From positions 41,670,390 to 41,734,389 of the forward strand of contig NC_081371.1 of the NCBI RefSeq assembly GCF_030684315.1: DNA of 64,000 bases. The letters are read 5' to 3'. This DNA is from Stegostoma tigrinum. Taxonomy: Eukaryota. Position numbers and translations under genes: made by a program. The notes under the pieces are model-generated. The model was not told the origin of the DNA, made no database searches, and was given only the letters and a program-made list of their open reading frames with translations. This document shows positions 36,411 through 50,820 of the stretch, one piece after another (the stretch's first letter is position 1; each line of letters begins with the position of its first letter).

Positions 36411-39049
36411 AACTCTTATGGGATATTTAGGTGAGATTGCTTTTACCATACTTTTAAGTGAGGTAATTCTCACATCAAATTAATAGAAAAGGAGATTCTT
36501 ATTTGCTATTAACCCATGCTGTTATTCAAGGGCTAAACATAAATAATTGTTGTGAATAAGTAACATATGGTTTATGATTCATCCCACAAGTAAAACAAAA
36601 ACGACTTTATTCTAATAACTAGCTGCAGGTTATATTTTCCATTATCATACGTTATCTGTGATGCCCATAAAGGAAAGCAAGACATTTATTTTATAAATTA
36701 CAAGAATAGAGCAGAACTGTTGAGAACTTGCCAGATCAGCAAAATCACTTGAAAACAGACTGCCATTTACCTCTCAGTGTCGGGAAGATAATATCTGAAC
36801 AACAACTTCTATACTAGTATATTATTTGATGTATACATACCAGACATAAAATGGAATACAAAATTACCACTAAAAAACAACACTGACAAAGTCTCAGTGG
36901 AGGAAGAAGTTACATTATTTTCTTTAGAAGATACATATCTATAACACAGATGACATATAAAATATCTTTTGACCTAAATTGCCATGAGAGGCATGTCTTG
37001 CAATAATTTTCTCAACAGTAAGTGCAGTCATGTTACAGATATGACTTTATTTAAAGTAAATCAGCAGCTCTGCGTAACAAAGCATAAAGCATGTGTAATT
37101 CATTTATTGAAATTTCACAAATAAGATTTAGTGATTTACATAAAGCCTTCCAGTGAAAGCTGGGATGTCCACAACAAATTGTTACTACTCCTTCTATTTA
37201 AATTCTGAGAGTCGGATATTCCCCTCCCCGATGAGGCATGAGTATTTATGAGAAGTGAAAAGTCAGATTTTTGAAATCAAGAAAAATAATTCTACTCCCT
37301 TCAGGCATTCAATGGTGGCTTTAGAAGCTTGCCATTGAGTTGTGGGTACTTTCTTACTTAATTTCATCTTTTCGCACTTCATTAAAGCTACATGGTCACA
37401 TCCATCTCATCCACATAAGTTAGCATTTGCGAAACACCAGCCTCACCATATCAGCACGCCTGCTCTTGAAGCAACTGTCACACCACAGTCAGCCATGAGC
37501 ACTTCACTACTGAGCACACTGACATCTCTAACCTGTATGCTTTTGACTGGTTACTTTGCATTCAAGGACACAAGCATCTCAGACATCTACACAGGATGTA
37601 TCTTATGGATGTCAGCTTGCATTCTAAGCACTAACCCACTTTACACTTGCTTGGAGGCTGATGACCTCTGTGTGGCTTGCATTATATTCTTAACACACAG
37701 GGACTTCAGTACTCATATACAGGCTGCCAGCCTCTGTGACTTGAATTTGTTTAAAGTGCAGATTCAGCGATGGCAGTTTAGCATGCTACAGAGCACTGAA
37801 TAGTCAACAAAGTGGACTTGTCACAATATGACACTGTGCTCCATCAGTGTTATACCTGCAACATATATCTGCAGTATACACAGTGTGTGTTTTTAGCAAA
37901 TGAAAGTCAAAGGATGAAGGGGTTTGAGTGGATGTGGGGGTTACTGCCATAGTTAGTCAAAGGGCTGGCCCGAATTCAGTCAAAGTGTTAGCCAGATACA
38001 GTAAATCCTTGGGTCTTCCTAAGTCAGAGGATTCATGATTTTTCAATCCAGGGATTGGGTCACGGTCAGTCCTGAAGGTCAAGTGCAATCAGTCGAGGAT
38101 TAAAGATAGATCAGGCAGAGTTCTGTGAAGATATCAATCTGGAAGTGAACTATAGTCGGTCAGATCTGTTCAGCCAAGTCAGGCCATGAGGTGGGCTATA
38201 GTCGCTCCTGAGGGTTTGCTCAATACTGATCACGGGACTACTCAGGAGACAGACTTGGAGTCCTGGTGAAATTTGGAAATCTAAGTCTGGATATGAGGTT
38301 CAATATAAAGTGCCATTGAGGAAATGGTGACAGTGATGGGGGTATTTGGAGATCATAGGGTAGGACATCAGTGAATAGGAAGGTATAAAGAGCCCTGGAA
38401 GATGGGGGTGTTCATGCAAGTCATGATAATTCTGGATTTTTCATGTGGACAGTGTAAAGCCAATGAATGTATGGGACCTTCCAAAACCAAGGGTACTTAG
38501 GCAGGCTAATTATCGTGCAGAGGAGTTCAACAGAAACAGAGGGAAGATGAAAGGTCATAGGAGCGATAGAGTTAGCAACTCAAAGGGTAACATTAAGACT
38601 AGGAGAATCATCTTGCATCTTCAATGAAGCCTGCAAATCACTCACAATGAAATAAATTTGAAGATCAAGTGCACAGTAATTATACAAAATGGCTAAAATT
38701 GCATGCAGACTGGGGGGACCCTCTCTGGTGCAGAGATAATACTCCTATCCCTGGACTGGGAGGCCTGGTTTCAAGTCCCACCTGCACCAGAGATGTGTAA
38801 CAACATCTCTGAAGAGGTTTATTAGACAAAAATAGGTGAAAACTTTGTTAGTAAACCAAGTAAGAACAGCAATTTACAGAGAGTGAAGCACGAGTTCCAC
38901 CAAGGAGGCACAAGCCTCACTCTAATGCTTTCTCATCTGTCTGAAACTGCACTGGGTAAGTGTGTTCTGATCCATCATTACCACACTGTGTCATCATCAA
39001 CTTACACACATAATGATTGGCTGGCAGTTACAACTGCCCAGAATTGTAT

Positions 39050-39560
39050 GCCAGCAATTCATTTCATGGAGCCAATGGGGACAAATGTGGCATCTTCCAA
39101 TCCTCAATTTACAAATCTATCCAAGATGCAATCATGCATTTTTGTCCAGTTCCCTGCTGTTCATATCCTTATTCCATGACAAGGACAGCTCATGTAATGG
39201 GGTTATCCACCATCGCTCACTTCTGCCACTTTCAAGATGTTGTCAACTGCACCCACATTGGCTTGCAAACTCCTATCATCAACATGCAGAGATCATCAGC
39301 AAAAAGGGCATCCACTTCATCAACGTTCAAATGCTATGTGATTAGTGATGCCAAATCTTGGAAGTCTGCGCCAAATATCCTGGACTTGCCATATCTGTTA
39401 TATACCAAAGAATCCATAGGTTCCTGCCTCCTTCCAAGGTCTTTTGGCCATAATGGGATAGCTTATGAAAACTTTTATGAAAATCTTGGACTGATTCAGA
39501 ACAAAGACACAATGCTAGTCACACCTCCATCAAGCCATAGTGGAATAGACTATTGGCCTG
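39050..39560 (+). pseudogene. PIF/Harbinger DDE transposase remnant
   Basis: Across frames: IAHFCHFQDVVNCTHIGL (cf. G.IDCTH), ISKKGIHFINVQMLCD (cf. NRKG.HS.NVQ..CD) and ILEVCAKYPG. Confidence 0.75.
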
Positions 39561-42029
39561 TTTAATATGAGGTTTCAATGCCTCAGCCACTCCAACGGAG
39601 TCTCACAGTTAACCCAGAAAGTGTGTGCTCCATCGTTGTGAAAAGCTTTATTCTTAACAACAGGAGCTGAAAAATGGAGCGAGCACAGCAATCTTCTGAG
39701 GTTTAACATGAGGATTATGATCAGGATATTGACCAGCAATACCACCCAAGGCAGCATGACAGATCAATGCATCACTATGACCAATAGATCAGAGATATTC
39801 CAATTAAAATGCAATGTCTTCCAGGATAAATCAGCTGGGTTTGGACTCTTTAATTGTTTAATGCCCTGTTGGTAATATGACAAGCAGCAAAGTGCATATA
39901 GACCTTATTATTTTGGCAGTCCTTTCCCTATTGGGTTGGTGAATAAATGGCTCATTATCTCTATAATTATACACTTGATATCAATGGTTGATCCCATTTT
40001 CATGTATCTACATCCTACATTTCCTAATGACTGTTAAGGAGAAAGCAGTCTGTGAATTGACATTTCATGGCACTAAGATCAGGCCATTCTCAAAGCTTCC
40101 AGCAGAATTTTGAATCCCACTGTTGTGTAATGAACTCTTTCACGTTAACCAACAAGTTGAGAGGACTCCTCAATAATCTCTCTTTGAGCCTTCCGTCATC
40201 ATAGCACCTCAATGTTGCAGATTGATTGTAGACTGAATTGCTTTAGCATCTTCCAGTGCAGCACTAAACTTGCAAGAGGCAGTATGTTTTATCTCAGCAG
40301 GCAATATGTTATGAGGAGAGTGGTCATGTGAACGACCCAGTGTACATCTCTCAGGCTTGAATGGCAGGTCACTCCCTTGAAAAAGCTTTTAGATGAAATG
40401 TACCTTCCCTAGCACAATTGCATTGAGACATCACTCATTCCGTACTCTCACTTACAAGTGTGGAATGATGTGTGTGGGACAAAGCCTAGCACAACGCTTG
40501 CGATCAACTCCAATGTTGCCCACAGTAAAGTGCAACAATTGGCAGCATTCTTCAATGTCATGAATTAAGAATTCCTAATGACTGAAGCTTTCCCAGTAAG
40601 TTGATGATTGGCAATGAGCAATGATTGCCTTGGCATGTCTGAAGAAGCAGGTCATTTCTCACAGCGCTGCAACTTAATCTGGTCTGGTGGGGAAAATGCT
40701 ACAACAGCAATATTTTTAACATTACAAGTGAACACACATTTTAGAAGTGACAGCTTATTTACAATAACGTTTTATCCTATGTGCCTTCAATAAGATTTTT
40801 CTTCCTCTCCCCTCCCTCCCACTGTATCTAAGTTCAGCCCCAACTTCTGCAACTGCAGTGAAGGGATCCTGCTCTGTTTTTTCTTCTGCCCTGTCGGATA
40901 GTACTTCCTAGTGTCTTCAGTCCCCAAGGGCCCAGATCTGCTGGCAATTTCTGGGCCATATGCAGGCTCAACCTCCACTGATAGAGCTGGCTTTGAAATC
41001 ACAAGCAGTGGGGGAAAGCAAGGGTCTGGATACTTCTGCCATGTCCTGAGAAGATGCTTTAGAGAGCCCAGTCTCTTGTTCCTCCTCTCTGTGGAAATGA
41101 TTAGCCATATCTTCTCTGGAGAAAGGGAGAAGACAAAGAGGAGAGGTCAAGGACCTTCATTCCCCTCAAGCCTTGCGATTGTTGCTGGAGAATGAATATC
41201 CAGCAGACACGGAGTGTGCTGGAGCTGGACATCCATGGAGTCAGCAAACTATCTATTGAAACAGGAAGATGCAGGCATGCCAGAGCTAGCATGAGGCTGA
41301 TAATGTTATTGGAGGCTCCTGTACATGTCTGTGTAGGTTGATAGTGTAATTAATGGCTGAGAATGGGGTTAGGGGCCTGCCTTCTGCCTGGGTGTGAGCA
41401 GGTGCCAGATCTCTAGCAGTGTGCCAGAGATCTTAGGCATTTCTTCCTCAAACAGCTGCATAGATGCGTCAGAAATATGTCAATCAGGTTCTTCTTGGTA
41501 GATGCTCACAGGTTCCTACTATTGCCTGCATAAGAGCAGAAATTCCTTGGCTAAGATTATGAGTGAGTTTGCACTGACATTAATGGAACAGCAGTAATAC
41601 AGCTAAATGAAGCTTACTGAGAGTGGTGACCACTGAGTTCTCACTGTGCCTGTATGAGCCCATCATGCCCTTGTCTGTCCAATGCAAGAGTTTTCTCTTT
41701 TTAAGCAGTCAGGAGCTTAATGCTTGACCACACCATATATGTCTTAGATTTATCAGCCTCATCATGAGCCAATTTGCCCTGCAATGAGACAAAGGGAAGG
41801 ATTGAGTATGATACAGCTGGATGAAAGAGAAGTTAATGATGATGCATAAACAGAAGAGGTGGTATGGTGACTCCAGTGAGTGAGTAGGAGGGGCAGAGGG
41901 CAGTAGGGGTTAATAATTTGGGAAGATGAGGTACAGAATGGACCTGATGCGTGCAGTACTGAGAGTAGCATGAGCCTTAGTGAGGTGTGTATGCAGTGGC
42001 AGACTTAGAGTGAGTGGAGGGTCTCTGAG

Positions 42030-42280
42030 CACAGAGAAAGAGATGGCACCTAAGCTTGTGGAGTGCAGATGTTTGTTGACCTTCCTTCCTTTACCTCACT
42101 GGAGACATAGTATTGACCCAGGGTGCAATTTGTTTTCAAGATGGCTTCGCTCTGGTAACATGTTCTCCTCTGGTATTTGGCTAGGAAAAGGACTGCCCAC
42201 CCCGCCACCATCCCATCCATCAAGATATTCAGGTCCCTGGCTATGAAGCGGGAAGCGAACTTTCCTTTCCTCTGTAGCAT
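42030..42280 (-). pseudogene. Myb/SANT-like (Harbinger second protein) N-terminal remnant
   Basis: ATG at 42280-42278 then LQRKGKFASRFIARDLNILMDGM...AVLF. After a frameshift QIAPWVNTMSPVR...KVNK, resembling the Myb-like DNA-binding domain of Harbinger elements. Confidence 0.55.
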
Positions 42281-42283
42281 ACG

Positions 42284-42446
42284 TTGAAGACATTGCAATA
42301 CAGCTCTTCTGTTGGGTAGCATAAGAAGCATTTAAGTTTACATGTGTTTTTTTTCTAATTCCCAAGAGTCATTTTGAGTTGCTGTGATGCAGTTAGCAGC
42401 ATCAAACAATGTTTGTTGGAAGTCTCTCAGTGAATAGCACAACCCA
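42284..42446 (-). repeat. Two-segment inverted templated duplication
   Basis: 42284-42321 is the exact reverse complement of 43968-44005 (38 bp). 42321-42446 is the exact reverse complement of 43295-43420 (126 bp). Flanked by catacgtt at 42278-42285 and 42445-42452. Confidence 0.95.
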
Positions 42447-45400
42447 TACGTTTAGTAATAGTGATCAGGCATCATTGTGTGAGGACCAAATCCTGACTTG
42501 CCCGATCAGAAGTGTTGTGCAACTGAATTTAAAATAAAGTACCAGAGTCAGGAAAACCACAAACAGTGGCAAGCAATATCAATTCTCTGACCACACAGTT
42601 CCCCAAGAAAGACAACCAAGAATCTGTCTGCATAGTTAACTATTTGAAATAATTATTAGAGAAAAATTGAAATCTTATTCAACAAAATACTTGAAATGAA
42701 AGTGGGAATGTTTAGATTTTATATTTTTGACCACGAGGATGACATGTCTGCAGTTTATTTATTGCTGGTTTCTTATTTTCCTGATGTATGTAAAAGTTCA
42801 GACAGATACAAGCCATTCTCACTGCTTTAGAAAAGATCATTGTGTTTTCTTTCTTCCTTGTGGGAAGAGAAAAGTTCTGTTTTCTAGTCAAGGCTTCCTC
42901 ACAATGATGTGATTGAGATGAGTACGCAGCAAATTGTGGGAATCACACTTCTGTTCCATCTCTATGTGATACTATATTTGGCATCCTCCATTTGCGAATC
43001 TAGGCAGATATTGTTGGCTGACTGTTCTCTCATGAGAGAAATCACAGCTTGGTTCATTCCTATTCTCATCTAATATCCAGACAGGTTTTAAGTTAATGGC
43101 AAACAGCAAACCCCGACATGATTTTTATTTCCCTTCATCACTCAAGAGATGTTGAGGCTAATTTGCAGAGCTCCACAAGCACTGTGTCTGAGATTAGCTT
43201 ATTCGACAGAGACCAGGATGTGAACTTGGCACTTTCCTACGTGTATAATTCATCACACACTGCATGATTCATTTATTGCTGTGCCCGCTAATTCTGGGTT
43301 GTGCTATTCACTGAGAGACTTCCAACAAACATTGTTTGATGCTGCTAACTGCATCACAGCAACTCAAAATGACTCTTGGGAATTAGAAAAAAAACACATG
43401 TAAACTTAAATGCTTCTTATTTTAAGAAATGGTCAGATAGTAAGGAAAAAAATGACACTGACTGAGCTTTTCCTGGGCATTTGAATTGTTAACTTCTTTA
43501 GCACTAATTTAATTTATGAGCTAAATAGCTTTCAAGCTGCCCATTTTAAAAACCTAATGCTGAAAGAGACAATCATATTGTAAACAGAACAACTGTCAAG
43601 TTTTGCTGTTCTTTTACTTTTTATAACATTTGAATAAAATTCAGTGAAGGTTGAGGCTAGCATATCAAAACCTCTTCTCTCAATTTAAACTAATCCATAG
43701 CCTGAAGTCTCTCATTGCCGTTCAATTATGACTGTAGAAATGATAAATGAATGAAATATTTAATAGAGCTGATTAAATTTGCTCCTTTCATATTAGTTAG
43801 CTTATAAGTAACATTTAAATAATTATCCAGATTGAAGACAACATTACAAGATTGTAATGTAGCTTTTTTGACTGTTTAGCAGAATAACAAGGAAAATCTA
43901 ACCACTGAGATGGTGGCAGTTTTTAATAAAGGAACCATCTGGCATTGCCACCTATTTGCTGTGATATTGCTACCCAACAGAAGAGCTGTATTGCAATGTC
44001 TTCAAATTGGTGTGACAGCAGCTGCACAATTCAATAATAAGAAAACTGACACCACCACTCATGAAACTGATTGAAGTTTGATCAAATGTAGAATTCATTC
44101 TTTTAACAAAAAATCTGGGCTACAATTGGCATTAGATTATTCATATTATTCTAATGTTGGTTGAAGGAGCTAGAGTTCATGAGCACTACAAATGAATTAA
44201 TCAATCAGGAACCATTGAATGTTTTCAGCAAGTTATTTGTCCAGGTGGTATATACTGCATCACACGAAGTGTAAACAATACACATGTACCTTTGTTTAAC
44301 TGATATCCTGTGTTAAAATGATAATTGATGAGAAATTAACTAACAACTACTGATAAATGATGTAATATAGTGTCTCCTATTCAAGGGCACCTTTAAATTC
44401 TTGACAATTGATTTTAAGTCTTTAAAGTTTTCAAACTTTATGAAAAAATAATGAGCATCTCTCGATATATGAGGGAGTACTGGGTGGAGTTTCAGGAAAT
44501 TCATTGTTATCTAATAATGATGATATGTGACAACTGTTTGTGGTATGGTAGATGATCATTTACACTTAAGTGACAAGGTCACCATTGAGTTATCTTGACT
44601 ATTGTGACTCAAGCAGACATCATTTATCACCAATGTTTGTGTATTCTATTCTTGTACATGTGGCTACAACATGTGAAAAATTATCACAAAAGTAGCATAA
44701 ATACAAACGGTGGATTTTTTTTGTAATGTACAGTTTCAAAAATGATAAAGAATTATATGGGCTTGTTATTACTCAGACTTTGCATTCCAAATTGTACACT
44801 TTGTTTAAATTGAAAAATTACAGTTCTATCCCCAGGCCATTTGATATTTATTGTTTTTTTTTAATGGAGGTTTTTTCCTCTCTTATCTGCTGATTAAAAA
44901 GTAATAAAATTTCCATTTATTTTGCCAGGATTTGAATTTCAAACTATTTTCCGGAATTTCTGCACACACCTACTGGCCTCCATTTTGATTGAAAATACAT
45001 TCATTTGTTCAAAGAATGCTTTCGGAATAATTACACATGGCTGGCACTCGTGTTTTTTTTGAAAAAAACTACACAAAAGATCATTTTTCTCTTCACTATT
45101 ACCTCTGATTTTACCTGTTTATGTAACCCTCAAGGTGTGAAGTGAGCAAATCTGGGAAATAATTCCTAAAATAAGTTGAGGAGTTGTAGATCAAGGTATT
45201 TCTGTTGATGTTATTTGCAGATGAGGGTGATGACAAAGCAGCAGTCCATTTTCAATCTTTTATGATTTTATTCTCACTCTTTGTGGCTTCATCAACTCCA
45301 GATCCAATCTGGATGGTTTTTGGCCATTTTTCTTTGCTATCTTTTAAGTTAATGTGTTCAGCTAAACTTATAGTTTTATGAAACAAAAAAGTTGAAAATA

Positions 45401-45924
45401 TAAGTAATCTGATGAAATGTGATATGCAATGGGTGTGTCCCTTAAAGAGTTGGAACAGTGTAATGCCAAAAAATAATTACTCTGATGTTTTTATCTCAGT
45501 CCACTGGAACTGCTATCTGCAATACTCTGTGTTCAGTTTTCTTCTCCTTATTTTCTTGGGCTGAGGCATGGACTTGGTGTCTACTTCCTCAGGTTCCAGA
45601 ATCTCTCCTCTCCCTTCCTGGGGGTCATAAATTTTGGTTATAAATTTGGGTATTTCTGACTATGTCTAAGCTCAGGGAATGGCAACAGGTTAATGAACTG
45701 TGAAGGATATCACAGATAAAGCTCATCCCATGTTCACCCATTGTCTATACATGGCTTTTCAGCAAGAATCACTGTAATCGAGAGCAGAAGCTTAATTTCT
45801 CCTCCCACGCTCAAAACAATTAAGCCAATTATTCCTCTCCAATTTCTATTGCATTATTCACTAAGTCAATAGTGATGATACATCCGGGAGCTGCTCAACC
45901 CTGTAAACTGTCAACACTGCTTTA

Positions 45925-46305
45925 TCCTTTCGGATATATCAGAAAGACGTAAACTCAAACCTTACTCCAAAGACTTTAGCATTGAATTTAGCCTTGTCCT
46001 TTGTGTTGTACTGAGGGAGTGCTGTACTGTTGCTGATGCCATCTTCTGAGATGAGACATTAAACCCAAGGCCAGAACGGCAATCCTATGTGGGTGTTGGG
46101 AGTTGTACCAGGTGTCCTGGCAAACACTGGTTCTTCAACTAACACCTAGAATGAATAATTCATTTCACCACGCTTTGCAGAATCATACCATCCAGTTTCA
46201 TGTTTTCCAGTTTGGCTACATTTGAAAAGTACTTTGTTGATCATAGACTCCATAGTGATATATTGAGCTTATGAAAGCTGGAAGATACATGCAAATTATT
46301 TTGCC
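45925..46305 (+). mobile_element. Deu-domain SINE (SacSINE1-like), decayed
   Basis: gtactgagggagtgctgtactgttg...gatgagacattaaacc...ggtgtcctggcaaacact...aaaagtactt...atgcaaatt tail. Confidence 0.65.
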
Positions 46306-46676
46306 TTTTCCATTTGGTCCAGCCCAATGTTACTGTTTGGTTCTGAACAGAATGTAATATAGGCTTTAGGCCTAGAAACAGGCCTGCATCATCTCATTTC
46401 TGGAAGGCTCACCAAATTTATCTGCCTGTCAGAAAAGTGTTGGGCAGGGGGTAGGTCTTGCCCAGAATTAAGAATTCTATGATCAAAGATTATCCTCCCA
46501 CCCTTCACACTAATCCTGAGACCTGCTAGATGATTAGAGGGTGGTAGCTCTGTATTTTTCCGAAATGCCACTGGTGGAGTGGTGGCAGCTGCTGGTAATG
46601 TATTCAGGCCAGGCCCAGGATTGGCAAGCGACCCAGACTGGAGGTGAGTGATGACAAGATAGGTGTCAGAGTGGGG

Positions 46677-46879
46677 GAGAGATAGTAAGAACTGCCAGTG
46701 CTGGAGTTAAAGATAACACAGTGGGGGGCTGGAGGAACAGACGCAGCCTAGGCAGCGTCAGAGGAGCAGGAAAGCTAGACCCTTCTTCAGTGATTTCTGA
46801 AGAAGGACCCTGACCTGAAACATCAGCTTTCCTGCTCCTCTGATGCTGCCTGGCCTGCTGTGTTCCACTAGCTCCATAT
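46677..46879. mobile_element. Fold-back pLTR-only Penelope insertion (family A variant)
   Basis: Inverted arms (tcagaggagcaggaaagct / agctttcctgctcctctga). Plus core CTGAAGAAGGaccctgaCCTGAAACATC at 46797-46824. TSD tgtcagagtgggg at 46664-46676 and 46880-46892. Confidence 0.85.
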
Positions 46880-49800
46880 TGTCAGAGTGGGGAGCTGTGG
46901 GGCAAAATGAGAAAGGGAGGTTGACACCAAAGACTGAGAGTGGCTCTCAATATCTCCTTCACTCAATGCCAGGTTCCTCAATCAGCCATCGACAGTTTTT
47001 GAACAAGCTTCCCTACCTTGGAAAGCCACAAGAAACTCTGATAGGGTTTTCTTTTCTTGATTCCCACATGGCAAGTCCTCCATCCACCATTGGGTAAATA
47101 CCTGCAATACTAGGATGAGGACTTTAATTCATTAATTGAATACTTAAAAGTTTTCAATTGGCTGCGAAGGGCATCCACCAACCTTTATGTCCTAACCTTT
47201 GTTGCAGGAGAGGTAGATCACGTGTTAGGTCTCCTCTGCCTTCCCACTTGATTAATTGCCCCTGCCACTAACTTGCCATGCGGAAGGGCTTTCAATTCCA
47301 CCCACGAAAAATATACTAAAATTTCATTTGGCCTTTTTAAAACATCTGCTTTCCAGCACTTGCCACAAAATTAGGAGGAAAAATGTACTTTGCCTGTATG
47401 TTAAACATTTTCTAGGGCAACACTAACAGCTATCAATTGCACTTCCAAGATTTTTGGGCGTGTGCTGTTTGTTCAGATATGTTTGGCTGGACATTAGTTT
47501 GGAGACAGGGAGGCAGTAAAGGATGGGAGGTAGGACAAATGTTGGCCACCAGGAGCTATCTGATGGTAATTGTGGTGATGATGGTCACTCGTGGTCAGAA
47601 AGGCCCAATCACTGACAGTCAGATAGTTAACTAGGAAGTTTGTTGGGCCTGGAAGAGATACTCCTGCTCGTGAATTGGTAGAAAAAAAGCAGGCCATCGA
47701 TTCAAACCCTCCTGTTCCCTACCTCCTGCCCAATTTTTGCAAAGCCGGAATCCTGCTTGGGGAGGTTAAAAACGGAATCACTTCAAATGAAGGCACAGAG
47801 ACCTCATTAAAATATTTAAATGACCATCCAACCTAACCCTGCCCAGGTTGGTCACTTGTCCATCATCCTATCTCCTATAAAGCTGCAAAAGATCAGGTTT
47901 AATCTGGATTGGCTTCTTGGTTCAAATTTCTGGAATTTTAACCTTCCAGATGAATCAAACTCAACCATTCAAGGGGAAATTCCCCACCCAGAATTAAAAT
48001 GTACTTCATACCATTGCTGGTGTGCCTCAGTCAGAATGTAAGGTACCATTTAAGAAATTTCTACTGACTTCAGTAGTTCAGCAGTTAATTTTACTTGTGC
48101 TTTGTGTTAGCATTTATGTTACACCATTGTTCTGGAATTCACACATGGTTTTGAAAGAGATAAACCATCTTTCCAAAGATCCATTTATATGACAGAAATC
48201 TTTATTGCAGTTTTAATAATAAGCAAGATGGCTTACAGGGAGACATGTTTTCGTTATTATAAAAGTCTACTTCCTCAGTTGTGAGGATATAATCAGCCAG
48301 ACAGCCCAATCAAAGCATAAGTATACTGGGCAGAAATGACTAGTTCTTTTGATTATCATGGGACAATAGGCTTCAAATGTGCAACCCTTGAGGGTTAACT
48401 TTGATCTTTATTACTGTAGACAGATCTGGAACCTCCCTGAAAGCTTAAAACTCATCATAGCCACTTTCAAGTTAGCAAAAGGACAATATTTGATTCACAG
48501 TCTGCCCACATTTATTTCCTCTCAGGACATCAAACAGGATTGAATAAAGTCATTATAGACAATTGTCTAAGAGCTATAAATGCAAGAAACACTTTGACAA
48601 TCCAGTCCAATGTCTGAGGATTCACATTTTAAAATATCGGGATAAGTCACCGTTTTTCTGAAATTATTTTGATGGATTTCTCCAGGACTCGGAGCTGGAG
48701 ATGAATGATTTCAAAGCCTATTTTGAAGTTCAAGTTTGCTTTGGATAAAATTTATACAGCTGAAGGGCTAGCAAATCTGTCTTTGGCTTCTGACAGGGCA
48801 TCCTGAAGATCATTTGGCATCCTAACAAATTCAGAACAGCTATCTGAGGCCATTTAGTTATTGGATTTGTTGTGAAGATTTCTAAACATTATGCTGTAAG
48901 ACATTGTTTCATTATATACACAGTTGGCCAATTATATAAATGCATCATATATTTATACAGATAACATATTTATATCTTATGAGTAGTTTATAGCAATGCA
49001 CATGTCTATTTACCTTGCGATTAATTCCACAAATGTGAAGCACATATATGTTTTCAGAATAGTGATTTTCTATTTCATTGCTGAATCTGAGATAAGCCTC
49101 ACTGAGCTTGGATCACAGTGTAATTTTGTACCATGTCCAAAGAGCTGAACTGGGTCAGTGCTTTTATGAGGGCACAGGAAGGATTATTAATCTGATGGCA
49201 GAATGCAAGACCCAGAAAAACACAGCTCCTTGCTGTCATTTTCTGTATGGAGGCCAGTCCGCTTGTTTTGATAAATGTTCGTCCATGAGACCATCACAGC
49301 AATTCTGAAGTCAGCAGTACTCACTCAAAATTCCTCAAGTACACTAAATTCAGGTACTTCTAAATAAGGTTGTGAATTCAAATTCCTTCACCATTTTGAA
49401 CAGGCATTTTGAACTACAATGGAAGAGCCGTCCTTTCTACTTGCCTCTTGAATAGGAATGATCCAAATATTCCAATTCCACAAGGCTGTGTATCTATTCA
49501 CAGGCCGAATTGACCATGAGCAATCTTAAATGTCACTTTTAACAAACATGCCATTGATTTTAAAATGAGTTTTGTTGCTTTGGCTTCTGGCATAGAGTGT
49601 AATTGTTCTTTGTCACTCCCTCTTCCCAATGGCAGCATGAAATCTTATGACTAGATGCATGAAATAGTCCAACTAACAAGCAAACTTCAGACTCGTTCTC
49701 AAAGGATACAATCTGAAAAAAGTCTCAATAATGTAAAATGTTGTTTCCATGAAAGTGCCTGAAATAGACAATTTCAAGTGTATTTTGAAGAAAGGCAGCT

Positions 49801-50175
49801 TTGTGCCTTGAATTAATTTCTCCTTCTTCTTTTGATTGCTATAATTGCCTTTCTCAGTATTGCTTTACCAGCATTCTCCATTAACTGACTCACAAACTAA
49901 GGTTTCTCAGTGGCAGCTATTTAAGTAACAGAAGCTCAGCACCATTGGAAATCTGATTGCTGACTGAGGATGAATTTACAATACAATACAATACACAACT
50001 TAATTTGGCTCCAGGAATCTAACCCATGTTTAATTTAAAGATTCAATTCAATTAAAGTTTTGTAGTTTTTTGACAAGTAAATCTGCAATCAGATTCTTTT
50101 ATATGTTCTGTGCTTCCGAACCATTGTTATATACACAGGGAAAGGAACAAAACATCAGCTAAATGTATCTTAAAA

Positions 50176-50820
50176 TGGCCACCCAAGTGGACAGGGTTGT
50201 TAAGAAAGCATATGGTGTTTTGGCTTTCATTAACAGGGGGATTGAGTTTAAGAGTCGTGAGATCTTGTTGCAGCTCTATAAAACTTTGGTTAGACCGCAC
50301 TTGGAATACTGCGTCCAGTTCTGGGCGCCCTATTATAGGAAAGATGTGGATGCTTTGGAGAGGGTTCAGAGGAGGTTTACCAGGATGCTGCCTGGACTGG
50401 AGGGCTTATCTTATGAAGAGAGGTTGACTGAGCTCGGTCTCTTTTCATTGGAGAAAAGGAGGAGGAGAGGGGACCTAATTGAGGTATACAAGATAATGAG
50501 AGGCATAGATAGAGTTGATAGCCAGAGACTATTTCCCAGGGCAGAAATGGCTAGCACGAGGGGTCATAGTTTTAAGCTGGTTGGTGGAAAGTATAGAGGG
50601 GATGTCAGAGGCAGGTTCTTTACGCAGAGAGTTGTGAGAGCATGGAATGCGTTGCCAGCAGCAGTTGTGGAAGCAAGGTCATTGGGGTCATTTAAGAGAC
50701 TGCTGGACATGTATATGGTCACAGAAATTTGAGGGTGCATCCATGAGGATCAATGGTCGGCACAACATTGTGGGCTGAAGGGTCTGTTCTGTGCTGTACT
50801 GTTCTATGTTCTATGTTCTA
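50176..50820 (+). mobile_element. Young 5'-truncated CR1 (HER1-type) LINE
   Basis: Uninterrupted 189-aa ORF (RPHLEYCVQFW...FFTQRVVRAWNALP) and a (TTCTATG)n tail. Confidence 0.95.

Noticed and set aside
37342-37803. 153-aa ORF
   Set aside because: Non-ATG start, no domain, and it lies in probable decayed transposon sequence.
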